64,000 bases of DNA from Candidatus Nomurabacteria bacterium (GTDB lineage: Bacteria > Patescibacteriota > Minisyncoccia > Phycocordibacterales > UBA9973): assembly GCA_943350875.1 (NCBI GenBank), contig CALRAL010000001.1, positions 165,017 through 229,016 of the forward strand. The letters are read 5' to 3'. Shown one piece after another: positions 10,152-19,677 of this stretch. Position 1 is the first letter of the stretch. The number at the start of each line of letters is the position of its first letter. The translations under genes and the position numbers were made by a program. The notes under the pieces are model-generated. The model saw nothing but the letters and a program-made list of their open reading frames with translations, was not told the DNA's origin and ran no database searches.

Positions 10152-11015
10152 ATGAAAATCTACAAACTACCTAAAAATAAATTCCCTAGTGCTTTAATGG
10201 AAATACCTCAGCCCCCAGAGACACTGTGGGCTATAGGAGAACTTCCAAGTGAGGAATTAGTACATTTATGTGTGGTAGGTTCTAGGAAATTCACTTCCTA
10301 CGGCAAAGAAGCATGCGAAAAGATAATTGCGGGGCTCAAAGGATATCCTATTGTAATAGTTTCTGGCTTTGCTATGGGTATAGACACTATTGCTCACAAA
10401 AAAGCAATGCAGATGGGACTCAAGACTCTTGTTTTTCCAGGTTCTGGACTTTCTGATGAAGCAATGTATCCAAAAACGAATGTCCGCCTTATGCGAGAAG
10501 TCATAGAGAGTGATGGATGTTTGCTTTCAGAATTTGAACCAGATTTTAAAGCAACACAATGGAGCTTCCCTATGAGAAATAGATTAATGGCTGGAATCTC
10601 AAAGGCAGTACTTGTGATAGAAGGAGAAGAAAGATCTGGCACACTCATCACTGCTCGTTTGACTACAGAATACAATAGAGATCTGCTAGTAGTACCCGGA
10701 TCTATATTTTCTCCAAATTCAAAAGGGACAAATAAATTATTAAAACAAGGAGCGACACCTGTAACCTGTGCGGAAGATGTTTTAGAAGCACTTGGATTTG
10801 TACAAAAGAAAGATGAAGAAAAACAAGCACAATTATTTTTGGATTTATCTCCTGAAGAAAAGAAGGTTATGGATATGCTTCGTGAACCAATGCCGAGAGA
10901 TGATTTAATCCGCTCTATGAAAATGAATATCTCAATATCTAATTCCCTCCTTTCCGCAATGGAAATACGAGGGCTCATAAAAGAAGAAATGGGTGAGATT
11001 AGGCTAAATAGTTGA
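10152..11015 (+). CDS. dprA: DNA-protecting protein DprA
   Basis: VVGSR, IVSGFAMGID, FPMRNR and SGTLITA motifs; upstream of topA. Confidence 0.95.
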   Translation: MKIYKLPKNKFPSALMEIPQPPETLWAIGELPSEELVHLCVVGSRKFTSYGKEACEKIIAGLKGYPIVIVSGFAMGIDTIAHKKAMQMGLKTLVFPGSGLSDEAMYPKTNVRLMREVIESDGCLLSEFEPDFKATQWSFPMRNRLMAGISKAVLVIEGEERSGTLITARLTTEYNRDLLVVPGSIFSPNSKGTNKLLKQGATPVTCAEDVLEALGFVQKKDEEKQAQLFLDLSPEEKKVMDMLREPMPRDDLIRSMKMNISISNSLLSAMEIRGLIKEEMGEIRLNS

Positions 11016-11446
11016 TCTAATACCAAAAATCTATCCAAAAAGCCAGTTTTTATGCTTTAAAGTTATCCACCACAACATTTTGTTGCATAATATTTAGTGG
11101 TTATGGTATACTTGTTGCATAAGGCCTTCGGGCTCCGAGAAATCCCCACTTTTGTGGGGATTTCGATTTTATGTCTTGCATATTTTATTTATATACTATA
11201 TAATGGAGATATTGAGAGGTTACCTCTCTTGCTCGAAAGAGCCCATAGCCCCGAAAGGGGCTATTATATTTTTGGCTCAATTTTAAATAATTTATCAAAA
11301 ACTATTTTAATCTTTTTATATTCTTCTTCTTCATTCAAATCATGAAAATCTTTCATTCTTACATTATGTCATTTAATTCATAATTAACAAAGTTTTATAC
11401 AATAAAATTTGCTAAAAAAATATATTTCGTGTAATACTTGTTATTA

Positions 11447-13675
11447 ATGAAGCTTTTAATTGTTGAATCACCATCCAAAGCAAAGACTATCGAAAAATAT
11501 CTCGATGGCGCTTTTACTGTACGCGCATCTGTTGGGCATATTCGTGATTTACCAAAATCAAATAAAAAAGCAATAGATATAGAAGGTGGATTTATTCCTC
11601 ATTATGAAATTTCAAAAGGTAAAGAAAAAGTTGTAAATGAACTTCACGATTTGGCTAAAAAGGCTACAGAAGTGATGCTAGCCACTGACCCTGATCGTGA
11701 AGGTGAAGCTATAGCTTGGCATATTGAAGAATTGATAAAAAATATAAAAGCTCCTATCAAAAGAGTAGCATTTAATGAGATAACTAAAGAAGCAGTGGAA
11801 GAAGCCTTAAAGAATCCACGAGAAATAGATACAAATTTAAGAAAAGCTCAAGAGGCTAGGAGAGTGTTAGATAGATTAGTAGGATATGATTTATCTGGCC
11901 TTATTTGGAAAAAGGTTCGCTATGGACTCTCGGCTGGGCGAGTGCAATCCCCTGCTTTACGTATAATAATGGAACGTGAACGCGAAATTAGAGCTTTTAT
12001 TCCAGAAGCATATTGGGTATTAGAAGGACTTTTTGCCAGCCCTAGGCTGGTCAGCCTTGGGCTGAAAACAGAAGATACACAACTCAAATTAACATGCAAA
12101 GAAGAACCTCGTGACGAAAAAGTAGTTGAACACATATTAAGTGTCGGTAAATCTGGTAAATGGTATGTGAGTGATGTAAAAGAAAGTGAACAAAAGAGAT
12201 CTGCTCGTGCACCGTTTACTACTTCTACTCTTCAACAGACGGCATCATCACGACTTGGATTCTCACCTTCTCGTACAATGCAAGTCGCACAGAAGCTCTA
12301 CGAAGCTGGGCATATTACTTATATGCGTACAGATTCTACCAATATTTCACAAGTAGCGCAGGCACAAATACTTACTCTAGTAGAAAAGAAATATGGTAAA
12401 GAATATGCTGAAGCTCATATATATAAAACAAAAAGTAAAAATGCTCAAGAAGCTCATGAAGCTATCCGTCCTACACATATAGAAAATATGTCGAATGGTT
12501 TTAATGACGAACAAGAGAGACTTTATAAACTTATTTGGGAGCGTACTGTGTCTTCTCAAATGTCTGATGCAAGATTATTAAAAACAAAAGTTTCTGCAAA
12601 AATTGAAAATCATGATGAAATTCCAGAGTTCAATACCACTGGGTCAAGGGTATTATTTTTGGGTTGGCTCAAGGTAGATGCTGATGCAAGAGGTGAAGAT
12701 GTAGAGCTTCCAGAAGTTAAAAAAGGAGAGAAATTAAAATTGCTTGATTTAAATAGCATGGGCAAACAGACAGAACCACCAGGCAGGTATAGTGAAGCAG
12801 GACTAGTGAAAGAACTCGAAAGTAGAGGTATAGGTAGGCCTTCTACATATGCAGCAATAATGAAAACTCTAGAGGATCGTGAATACGTAAGAAAAGAAGG
12901 TAGAACTTTATTCCCTACTGATGTGGGTGAAGTTGTGTCTGATTTCTTGGAAAAGAATTTTGCTAATTATATTTCAGATACATTTACCGCGGAAATGGAG
13001 GATGAACTAGATGAGATAGCTGAAGGTAAACGTGAATATGGTAAAACTTTGAAAGATTTTTATGGACCATTCTTAAAAGATGTAAAGTCGAAAGATAAAT
13101 TAGAAAAAGCAACCAATCTAGGTGAAGCACCAGAGAATATAAAATGTCCAAAATGTGGAGGTAAGATGATTTTAAAACTTTCTCGCGCAGGTAAATTCTA
13201 TTCTTGTGTAAATTATCCAGATTGTACTGGTGCCTTGATGCTTGATGGTAAAGAAATGGAAGGTCCAAAAGAAACTGGGGAAATTTGTCCAGATTGCGGT
13301 GAAAAGAAAAGCAAATCTGGTGGTGGCAAGTTGGTAGTTCGTCAAGGACGATATGGTGCATTCATATCTTGTTCTCGTTATCCAAAATGTAAATTTATAA
13401 AAGAAGATGAAGAAGAAAAAAAGAAAAAGATGACAGGAGTTATTTGTCCAACTTGCAAAAAAGGAGATATCTCGGAGAGACGTGGAAGATTTGGAATATT
13501 TTATTCTTGTTCTAATTATCCAAATTGTAAGTTTGCCATAAAAGCAAAGCCGACAGGCAATGTTTGTGATAAATGTAGCTCTTTGATGATGGAAGGTACA
13601 AAAACCATACCAGAGAGATGTTCAAATAAATCTTGTCCAAACTACAATCCACATAAAATATCAAAAATGGTATAA
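11447..13675 (+). CDS. topA: DNA topoisomerase I
   Basis: IVESPSK, ATDPDREGE, ITYMRTD, GIGRPST and C-terminal zinc ribbons. Confidence 0.97.
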   Translation: MKLLIVESPSKAKTIEKYLDGAFTVRASVGHIRDLPKSNKKAIDIEGGFIPHYEISKGKEKVVNELHDLAKKATEVMLATDPDREGEAIAWHIEELIKNIKAPIKRVAFNEITKEAVEEALKNPREIDTNLRKAQEARRVLDRLVGYDLSGLIWKKVRYGLSAGRVQSPALRIIMEREREIRAFIPEAYWVLEGLFASPRLVSLGLKTEDTQLKLTCKEEPRDEKVVEHILSVGKSGKWYVSDVKESEQKRSARAPFTTSTLQQTASSRLGFSPSRTMQVAQKLYEAGHITYMRTDSTNISQVAQAQILTLVEKKYGKEYAEAHIYKTKSKNAQEAHEAIRPTHIENMSNGFNDEQERLYKLIWERTVSSQMSDARLLKTKVSAKIENHDEIPEFNTTGSRVLFLGWLKVDADARGEDVELPEVKKGEKLKLLDLNSMGKQTEPPGRYSEAGLVKELESRGIGRPSTYAAIMKTLEDREYVRKEGRTLFPTDVGEVVSDFLEKNFANYISDTFTAEMEDELDEIAEGKREYGKTLKDFYGPFLKDVKSKDKLEKATNLGEAPENIKCPKCGGKMILKLSRAGKFYSCVNYPDCTGALMLDGKEMEGPKETGEICPDCGEKKSKSGGGKLVVRQGRYGAFISCSRYPKCKFIKEDEEEKKKKMTGVICPTCKKGDISERRGRFGIFYSCSNYPNCKFAIKAKPTGNVCDKCSSLMMEGTKTIPERCSNKSCPNYNPHKISKMV
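12035..12064. repeat. 30-bp hairpin in frame in topA (ASPRLVSLGL)
   Basis: CAGCCCTAGGCTG-GT-CAGCCTTGGGCTG stem; GC-rich island in an AT-rich gene. Confidence 0.7.
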
Positions 13676-13682
13676 TTTTTGT

Positions 13683-15152
13683 ATGTCAGATATAAAGAAA
13701 ATAGCTGATTTAATAAGTAAAGATATGAGTAAAAAAGATGTAGAGCTCATCACAAAGGCCTATGTTTTTGCAGAGAAAGCTCATACTGGTCAAAAGAGAA
13801 TGAATGGAGAGCCATATTTTTTTCATGTATTTGAAACAGCAAAGATTTTACACAAATTGGGAATGGATGCTAAGACCATCTCAGCTGGGCTGCTGCACGA
13901 TGTTTTAGAAGATACCCAAACAAAAGAAGAAGAAATTAAAAAAGAATTTGGAGATGATATTTTATTTTTAATAAATGGAGTCACTAAGCTTGGCAAATTA
14001 AAGTATCGCGGACACGAACGTCATGTGGAAAGTTTAAGAAAGTTTTTTGTCGCTATCTCAAATGATTTGAGAGTAGTTATAATAAAATTCGCTGACAGGT
14101 TGCATAATTTACGAACTTTAGAGTTTGTGCGTGAAGACAAAAGAAAAAGGATAGCTGTCGAGTCTGTTGAGATATATGCTTCTCTGGCAGATAGATTAGG
14201 GATGGGTAAATTAAAAGGTCAGATAGAAGATGCAGCTTTCCCATACGCTTATCCGAAAGAATATAAGGAGATAGAAGAAATATTAAAAGACAGAATGAGT
14301 TCTTACGAAAAAGATATAAAACAAGTCGGTGAAGAATTGGAAAAAGAATTAAAGAAAAATAAAATCAAATTTATTGAAATATCTTCTAGAATAAAACATA
14401 AATATAGTCTTTGGAAAAAATTGGTTGGTCGTGATATGGATATTAATAAAATATATGACATTGTTGCCTTGTGTGTGGTGGTTAAAAATGTTGAAGATTG
14501 TTATAGAGTTTTAGGTATTGTGCATTCTATTTGGAAACCTTTACCCGGTAGGATCAAGGATTATATAGCTTTTCCAAAACCAAATGGATATAGATCACTT
14601 CACACAACTATTTTAAATGGTTTGGGTGGAGTGGCAGAAATCCAAATAAGGACAGAAGAAATGCATGCAGAAGCTGCTTATGGAATAGCTGCTCATTTTG
14701 CTTATAAAGATTATGACAGTAAAAAGGCCAAAAATGACAAAGAGAAATTCAAATGGATAGAGGAATTGAAAGATTTGAAACATATTCCCAACGACCCTAA
14801 AATATTTTTAGAAAATTTAAAAATAGATTTCTTTAATGATCGTATTTTTATTTTTACTCCCGAAGGCGATGTAGTAGACTTACCAAAGGATTCTAGTCCG
14901 ATAGATTTTGCTTATTCCATACATTCTGACATTGGTGACCATACTTCTGGAGCCAAGATAAATAATAAAATGTCTCACATTTTTTCTAAACTTAAAAACG
15001 GAGATGTGGTAGAAATTATAAATAGACAAGATGCTCATCCATCTAGTAAATGGTTGGAATATACTAAAACAAGCGTAGCAAAAAAGCATATTAAAAATTA
15101 CTTAGAGAAAAATAGCTTGCTCGCCAAACTCAAGTCTTTTGGTCACTCTTAA
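13683..15152 (+). CDS. RelA/SpoT family (p)ppGpp synthetase/hydrolase (HD, synthetase and TGS; no ACT)
   Basis: LHDVLED, KFADRLHN, KPNGYRSLH, EIQIRT and DFAYSIH motifs. Confidence 0.92.
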   Translation: MSDIKKIADLISKDMSKKDVELITKAYVFAEKAHTGQKRMNGEPYFFHVFETAKILHKLGMDAKTISAGLLHDVLEDTQTKEEEIKKEFGDDILFLINGVTKLGKLKYRGHERHVESLRKFFVAISNDLRVVIIKFADRLHNLRTLEFVREDKRKRIAVESVEIYASLADRLGMGKLKGQIEDAAFPYAYPKEYKEIEEILKDRMSSYEKDIKQVGEELEKELKKNKIKFIEISSRIKHKYSLWKKLVGRDMDINKIYDIVALCVVVKNVEDCYRVLGIVHSIWKPLPGRIKDYIAFPKPNGYRSLHTTILNGLGGVAEIQIRTEEMHAEAAYGIAAHFAYKDYDSKKAKNDKEKFKWIEELKDLKHIPNDPKIFLENLKIDFFNDRIFIFTPEGDVVDLPKDSSPIDFAYSIHSDIGDHTSGAKINNKMSHIFSKLKNGDVVEIINRQDAHPSSKWLEYTKTSVAKKHIKNYLEKNSLLAKLKSFGHS

Positions 15153-15177
15153 TTCAGCTAGGCAAGGCCTAGCTGAA
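15153..15177. repeat. REP-like hairpin between convergent rel and parB (possible terminator)
   Basis: TTCAGCTAGG-CAAGG-CCTAGCTGAA; shares GCTAGG-N5-CCTAGC with the RAYT-flanking REP. Confidence 0.75.
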
Positions 15178-15180
15178 AGA

Positions 15181-16161
15181 TTAGATACTAAAACTTGAAA
15201 TATCATATAGATTATTTTCATCTTCATTCTTTTCTTCTTTTGTTCTGTCATCCATTTCTTCAGATGGAGGTGTTGCCTCTGAAGGGGGTAAACTAGCGAC
15301 ATAATGCTCTAGCATTTGTTCTGGTTTTTTATTGATTTCTGATCTACTAATCAAATCCAAAATCATCCTAAGATCTTCATTTGAAAAGAAATCTATCTTT
15401 ATTTGTCCACCTAATTCCTTTCTATCTATATGTACTCGGGTACCGAGTTTTTCTTGAAATTCTTCTTCTAATTCAACTATTTCTGGATCAGGCATAAATT
15501 CTTTTTTACGGACTCTGTCATAGGCTATTTTTCTTGCCAATCTTTCTGCCTCGCGAACTGAAATTTTTTTATAAACAATTTCTTTAAACAATACCATCTG
15601 TTCTTCAGAATGATCTACTAACATAAGAAGCGGTCTAGTGTGACCTTCGGATATCTTACCTTCGGAAAGAGCGTTCAATATCTCATCATTTAAAACCAAG
15701 ATACGCAAAGTATTAGACACAGATTCCCTACTTTTACCCATTTTCTTGGCTATTTCAGCATGAGTGAATTTGAATTCATTTGCCAAACGAAAGAATGCTC
15801 GCGCTTTATCTACCACATTTAAATCTTCTCTTTGTAAATTCTCAATAATAGCAAGCTCAAGTTTCATCATCGAAGTATCCCCTTCACGAATTATTGCTGG
15901 CACTTGGGATACTCCTGCGAGTACTGCTGCACGTAATCTACGCTCTCCCGCTATCAATTCATATTCTGTTAAAAGTCCACCGTCTTCTTTTACTATTTCA
16001 GTGCGAGAGACTGTGAGGGGTTGAAGGACGCCATACTGCTTTATAGAGTCTGCTAAGTCTTGTAAACGCGCAGGGTCAAAGTCCCGCCTTGGTTGGAAAG
16101 GGTTTGGTTTTATTTTGTCGGTATCTATCCAGAAAATTGAGTTGGAATACAAGTTCGACAT
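15181..16161 (-). CDS. parB: Chromosome partitioning protein ParB/Spo0J
   Basis: NPFQPR, IAGERRLRA, IENLQREDL and HTH motifs. Confidence 0.95.
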   Translation of the reverse strand: MSNLYSNSIFWIDTDKIKPNPFQPRRDFDPARLQDLADSIKQYGVLQPLTVSRTEIVKEDGGLLTEYELIAGERRLRAAVLAGVSQVPAIIREGDTSMMKLELAIIENLQREDLNVVDKARAFFRLANEFKFTHAEIAKKMGKSRESVSNTLRILVLNDEILNALSEGKISEGHTRPLLMLVDHSEEQMVLFKEIVYKKISVREAERLARKIAYDRVRKKEFMPDPEIVELEEEFQEKLGTRVHIDRKELGGQIKIDFFSNEDLRMILDLISRSEINKKPEQMLEHYVASLPPSEATPPSEEMDDRTKEEKNEDENNLYDISSFSI

Positions 16162-16234
16162 GAGTTTATTCTAGCATATTCAAATTTTTTATCTAATTGA
16201 TTTAAAAGCTTTTTTTGTGTAAAATGTGTGAATT

Positions 16235-16318
16235 GCCGTGGTGGCGGAATTGGTAGACGCAATTGACTCAAAATCAATCGAGGGCAACCTCATGAGAGTT
16301 CGATTCTCTCCCGCGGCA
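16235..16318 (+). tRNA. tRNA-Leu(CAA)
   Basis: GCCGTGG...CCGCGGCA, anticodon arm ATTGA-CTCAAAA-TCAAT, long variable arm. Confidence 0.95.
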
Positions 16319-16386
16319 CACAGGAGAGTTCGACCTGTCCCGCACCGAGCTTTGCTCTGGTGCTGGAATTCTCTCTGGGTACATTT

Positions 16387-17724
16387 ATGAAAAAAATAAT
16401 AAAAAAATATAAATATTTGTCAGTTGATTTTGAAGTAATCGGTGGGAAAAAGCTTCATGGAACTATCAAAACAGGATTCTCAAAGAATGGCTCAGTGGGG
16501 CTTCTTTGTGCTTCCCTTTTAAACAAAGGTGTGACTACCTTAAAAGGTATTGCTCGTATTGAAGAGGTATATAGAGTGATAGAGATATTAGAAAGTATTG
16601 GTGTATCAGTAAAATGGATTGGGCAAAATGAAGTAAAAATAATTCCTCCAAAAAAGTTTGACTTAAAGAATATGAATGTAGAATCTGCTATCAAAACTCG
16701 TTCTATCATTATGTTGATCGGACCACTTATTCACTTACTTCCATCTTTTTCTATCCCTCACGCACAAGGTTGCAAGCTTGGTAAGCGTACTATCAGTGCT
16801 CACAAATATGCCTTTGAAGAAATAGGTGTACATGTAAAAGCTACAAATAATAGTTATGAAATAAGTTCTACTAAAATAAAACCAAGTGAAATAGTGATGT
16901 ATGAATCTGGAGACACTGCTTGTGAGAATATATTGATGGCAGTGGCAAAAATAGAAGGTAAAACAATTATAAAATGCGCTAGTGGCAACTATATGGTGCA
17001 AGAAATGTGTTTCTTTTTGCAAAAATTAGGAGTAAAAGTAGAAGGTATAAGTACAGGCACACTCACTATTTATGGAATAAAAGATATAAATAAAGAGGTA
17101 GAATATCACAATAGTGAAGATCCAATAGAATCTATGATGCTTATTTCTGCTACTATTGTCACAAATTCACAATTAATTATAGAAAGATGTTCAATTGATT
17201 TCTTGACTTTAGAATTATATAGATTAGAGAAAATGGGTCTGAAATATAAAATACTAAAAAAATATTTTTCAAACAATGAAAATACAAAATTAGTTGATAT
17301 TGAAATTTTTCCTAGTAAATTAAATGCACCGGAAGATAAAATCCATGCGAATCCATATCCTGGTATAAATATAGACAATTTGCCTTTCTTTGTTCCTATA
17401 GCTATTTCTGCTAAAGGTACGACTTTGATTCATGATTGGTTTTATGAAAATAGAGCAATTTACTTTACAGAATTAAATAGACTTGGAGCAGACGTAAAAC
17501 TTGCTGATCCACACCGCGCATACATCACAGGTGGCGCACAGCTTAAATCAGCTCAGGTCGTCTGCCCGCCAGCGCTTAGGCCTTCTATGGTTATACTTTT
17601 ATGTATGTTGGCATCAGAAGGTACTTCTATTTTAAGAAATGTATATATGATAAATCGAGGATATGAAGAAATAGCCGAAAGATTAAATTCTATTGGAGCA
17701 GAAATAAAAGTTATTCATGGATAG
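16387..17724 (+). CDS. murA: UDP-N-acetylglucosamine 1-carboxyvinyltransferase
   Basis: SKN, GCKLGKR (catalytic Cys), PYPG and INRGYE motifs. Confidence 0.92.
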   Translation: MKKIIKKYKYLSVDFEVIGGKKLHGTIKTGFSKNGSVGLLCASLLNKGVTTLKGIARIEEVYRVIEILESIGVSVKWIGQNEVKIIPPKKFDLKNMNVESAIKTRSIIMLIGPLIHLLPSFSIPHAQGCKLGKRTISAHKYAFEEIGVHVKATNNSYEISSTKIKPSEIVMYESGDTACENILMAVAKIEGKTIIKCASGNYMVQEMCFFLQKLGVKVEGISTGTLTIYGIKDINKEVEYHNSEDPIESMMLISATIVTNSQLIIERCSIDFLTLELYRLEKMGLKYKILKKYFSNNENTKLVDIEIFPSKLNAPEDKIHANPYPGINIDNLPFFVPIAISAKGTTLIHDWFYENRAIYFTELNRLGADVKLADPHRAYITGGAQLKSAQVVCPPALRPSMVILLCMLASEGTSILRNVYMINRGYEEIAERLNSIGAEIKVIHG

Positions 17725-18625
17725 AAAAAAGCCAAAAGTTATAGTGATTCTAGGACAAACAGCGACGGGCAAAAGTGCTTTGGCAGTTAAATTGGCTAGA
17801 AAAATTGGGGGAGAGATAATTTCGGCTGATTCTAGGCAAGTTTACAAAGGACTTGATGTAGGTACTGGCAAAATTACCAAAAAAGAAATGAAGGGTATGT
17901 CACATCATCTATTAGATGTGGTAAGTCCAAAGAAGAAATTTACAGTTGCAGAATATAAAAAATTAGCGGAAGAAAAAATAAAGGAAATAATTGCTCGTGG
18001 AAATACTCCAATAATTTGTGGTGGCACAGGATTCTACATAGATGCAATAACTAAAGGAATAATTTTACCAGAAGTCCCGCCAAATAATAAATTGAGAAAA
18101 ATTTTAGAAAAACAGAGTACAGAAAAACTTTTCAAAATTTTACAGAAACTTGATAAAAATAGAGCAAAAAGTATAGATAAATTTAATAAAGTCCGTCTTG
18201 TTCGAGCTATAGAAATAGCTAAATATCTAGGTAAAGTGCCCAAAATTACACAGGCAACGCCTGTGTATAAATTTATAAAAATAGGATTATTTTTACCGAA
18301 AGATATTCTAAAAAAGAGAATGGAAAAGAGAGTGAAAGAAATGTTTAATAAAAAGAATCATGGAGGATTATTGAATGAAATTAAAAAGTTAAAGAAAGCC
18401 GGAATTTCAGATAAAAGATTAAAAGAATTAGGCTTTGAATATTACAATCCAACTTATGAAAGCGTAGTTTTAGAAACTTTAAAATATGTCAAGCGCCAGA
18501 TGACTTGGTTTAAACGGGACAAAGAAATTAAATGGTTCAATGCATCATCGGATCACTTCCCACTCTTTGTCACAGGATTTCTTGAACAATTTGCTAGACA
18601 TAGCATTGCGAAACCAAGAGGATAA
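17717..18625 (+). CDS. miaA: tRNA dimethylallyltransferase
   Basis: GQTATGKS, SADSRQVY, GGTGFY and YVKRQMTWF motifs. Confidence 0.93.
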   Translation: MDRKKPKVIVILGQTATGKSALAVKLARKIGGEIISADSRQVYKGLDVGTGKITKKEMKGMSHHLLDVVSPKKKFTVAEYKKLAEEKIKEIIARGNTPIICGGTGFYIDAITKGIILPEVPPNNKLRKILEKQSTEKLFKILQKLDKNRAKSIDKFNKVRLVRAIEIAKYLGKVPKITQATPVYKFIKIGLFLPKDILKKRMEKRVKEMFNKKNHGGLLNEIKKLKKAGISDKRLKELGFEYYNPTYESVVLETLKYVKRQMTWFKRDKEIKWFNASSDHFPLFVTGFLEQFARHSIAKPRG

Positions 18626-19267
18626 TAGCCTTGGCCAGCCGACTTGATGTGGACGTCTTGGGGACTGAAAGATTTTTAAATTTCTATCAACTTTCGTTCT
18701 CCCTATTTTTGAAAGTCTAGAAAACATATCAATATCTTCAGCCGCGGAAAGTTTTTCATTATAACCATTAAGTTTTTTAAAAATGTCTTTCTGTATTATT
18801 TGGAATTCTCCTGCTGATTGTCCAATATGGAAGAAATTATTAGAAATATAATAAATATAATTCATTATTCCACCAAAAAAGTTATCAGCGAATGTAGCTT
18901 CTTTTTTGTAATAGTAAATAAATGGCGCAAGAGCCACTAGATCTTTATCTTGTTCAAAATTCTTAACAGCTTTTATAAAAAAAGAATTTATTTCAGGAAT
19001 TATTATATCAGCATCTATAAATATTAAGTATTCACCTTGAGCTACATCTGCCCCCATATTTCTAGCTTGGCCTATAGTTTGCCTTACAGAATCAGTGTAT
19101 TCAACTATTTTAGCATTGTATTTTTTTGCTATTTCTACTGTTTTATCAGTACTTTTGCCGTCAGAAATAATGATTTCATTATCATGCAAAGTTAACCCTT
19201 TTAAACAAAGCAAAGTACGCTCCAGCGTTTTCTCTTCATTTAATGTTGGAATAATTATTGAAAGCAT
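18545..19267 (-). CDS. Glycosyltransferase family 2
   Basis: SIIIPTLNEE, DGKSTD, FIDAD and ED motifs. Confidence 0.9.
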   Translation of the reverse strand: MLSIIIPTLNEEKTLERTLLCLKGLTLHDNEIIISDGKSTDKTVEIAKKYNAKIVEYTDSVRQTIGQARNMGADVAQGEYLIFIDADIIIPEINSFFIKAVKNFEQDKDLVALAPFIYYYKKEATFADNFFGGIMNYIYYISNNFFHIGQSAGEFQIIQKDIFKKLNGYNEKLSAAEDIDMFSRLSKIGRTKVDRNLKIFQSPRRPHQVGWPRLLSSWFRNAMSSKLFKKSCDKEWEVIR

Positions 19268-19269
19268 TT

Positions 19270-19343
19270 TGGCGGGCGATGAGGGAATCGGACCCCCGAC
19301 ATCGGTTTTGGAGACCGAAGTTATACCACTTAACTAATCGCCC
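19270..19343 (-). tRNA. tRNA-Trp(CCA), CCA end encoded
   Basis: GGGCGAT...ATCGCCCGCCA; anticodon arm TCGGT-CTCCAAA-ACCGA. Confidence 0.93.
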
Positions 19344-19476
19344 ATATCTTCCGACCGAAGTCGGAAGACACGGAAATAAAAAACTATATAATTATTTATT
19401 TCCTTTAAAGAACAAGCAACAAAAAAATTCTTGTTGCTTGTAAATTATAACAAAGTAAAACAAAAACTAGAAGTTA

Positions 19477-19641
19477 TTAACCAACTATTTTAGCTTCTTT
19501 GTGTTTTGTTTTCTTTTTACAATGTTTGCAGTATTTATTTAGCTCAATTTTTTTCGTAATAAGTTTCTTGTTCTTTTTCGTATAATAATTGGCCTCTTTG
19601 CAGATACTACATTTAAGTCTAAAAAGTTTATCTTGTGACAT
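19477..19641 (-). CDS. rpmG: 50S ribosomal protein L33 (zinc-binding form)
   Basis: 54 aa MSQDKLFRLKCSICKEANYYTKKNKK...KYCKHCKKKTKHKE; below the ORF-track cutoff. Confidence 0.92.
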   Translation of the reverse strand: MSQDKLFRLKCSICKEANYYTKKNKKLITKKIELNKYCKHCKKKTKHKEAKIVG

Positions 19642-19677
19642 ATCTATATAATATCAGAAAAATAAGAATTTGCAACC

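Noticed and set aside
10394-11038. 214-aa minus-strand ORF and the many other antisense ORFs in the track
   Set aside because: They are shadows of well-supported genes on the opposite strand and have no recognisable motifs.
11097-11345. 82-aa ORF between dprA and topA
   Set aside because: It runs through promoter-like sequences and hairpins and has no protein-like features; non-coding structure explains the region better.
15258-15290. Hairpin in the parB tail (LPPSEATPPSEE) as another inserted element
   Set aside because: Weak stem, no second copy in the window, and it lies in a naturally variable tail; undecidable without orthologues.
16360-16386. Extended murA N-terminus (MLEFSLGTF)
   Set aside because: It begins inside the palindromic insert and tRNA remnant; the ATG at 16387 is preferred.
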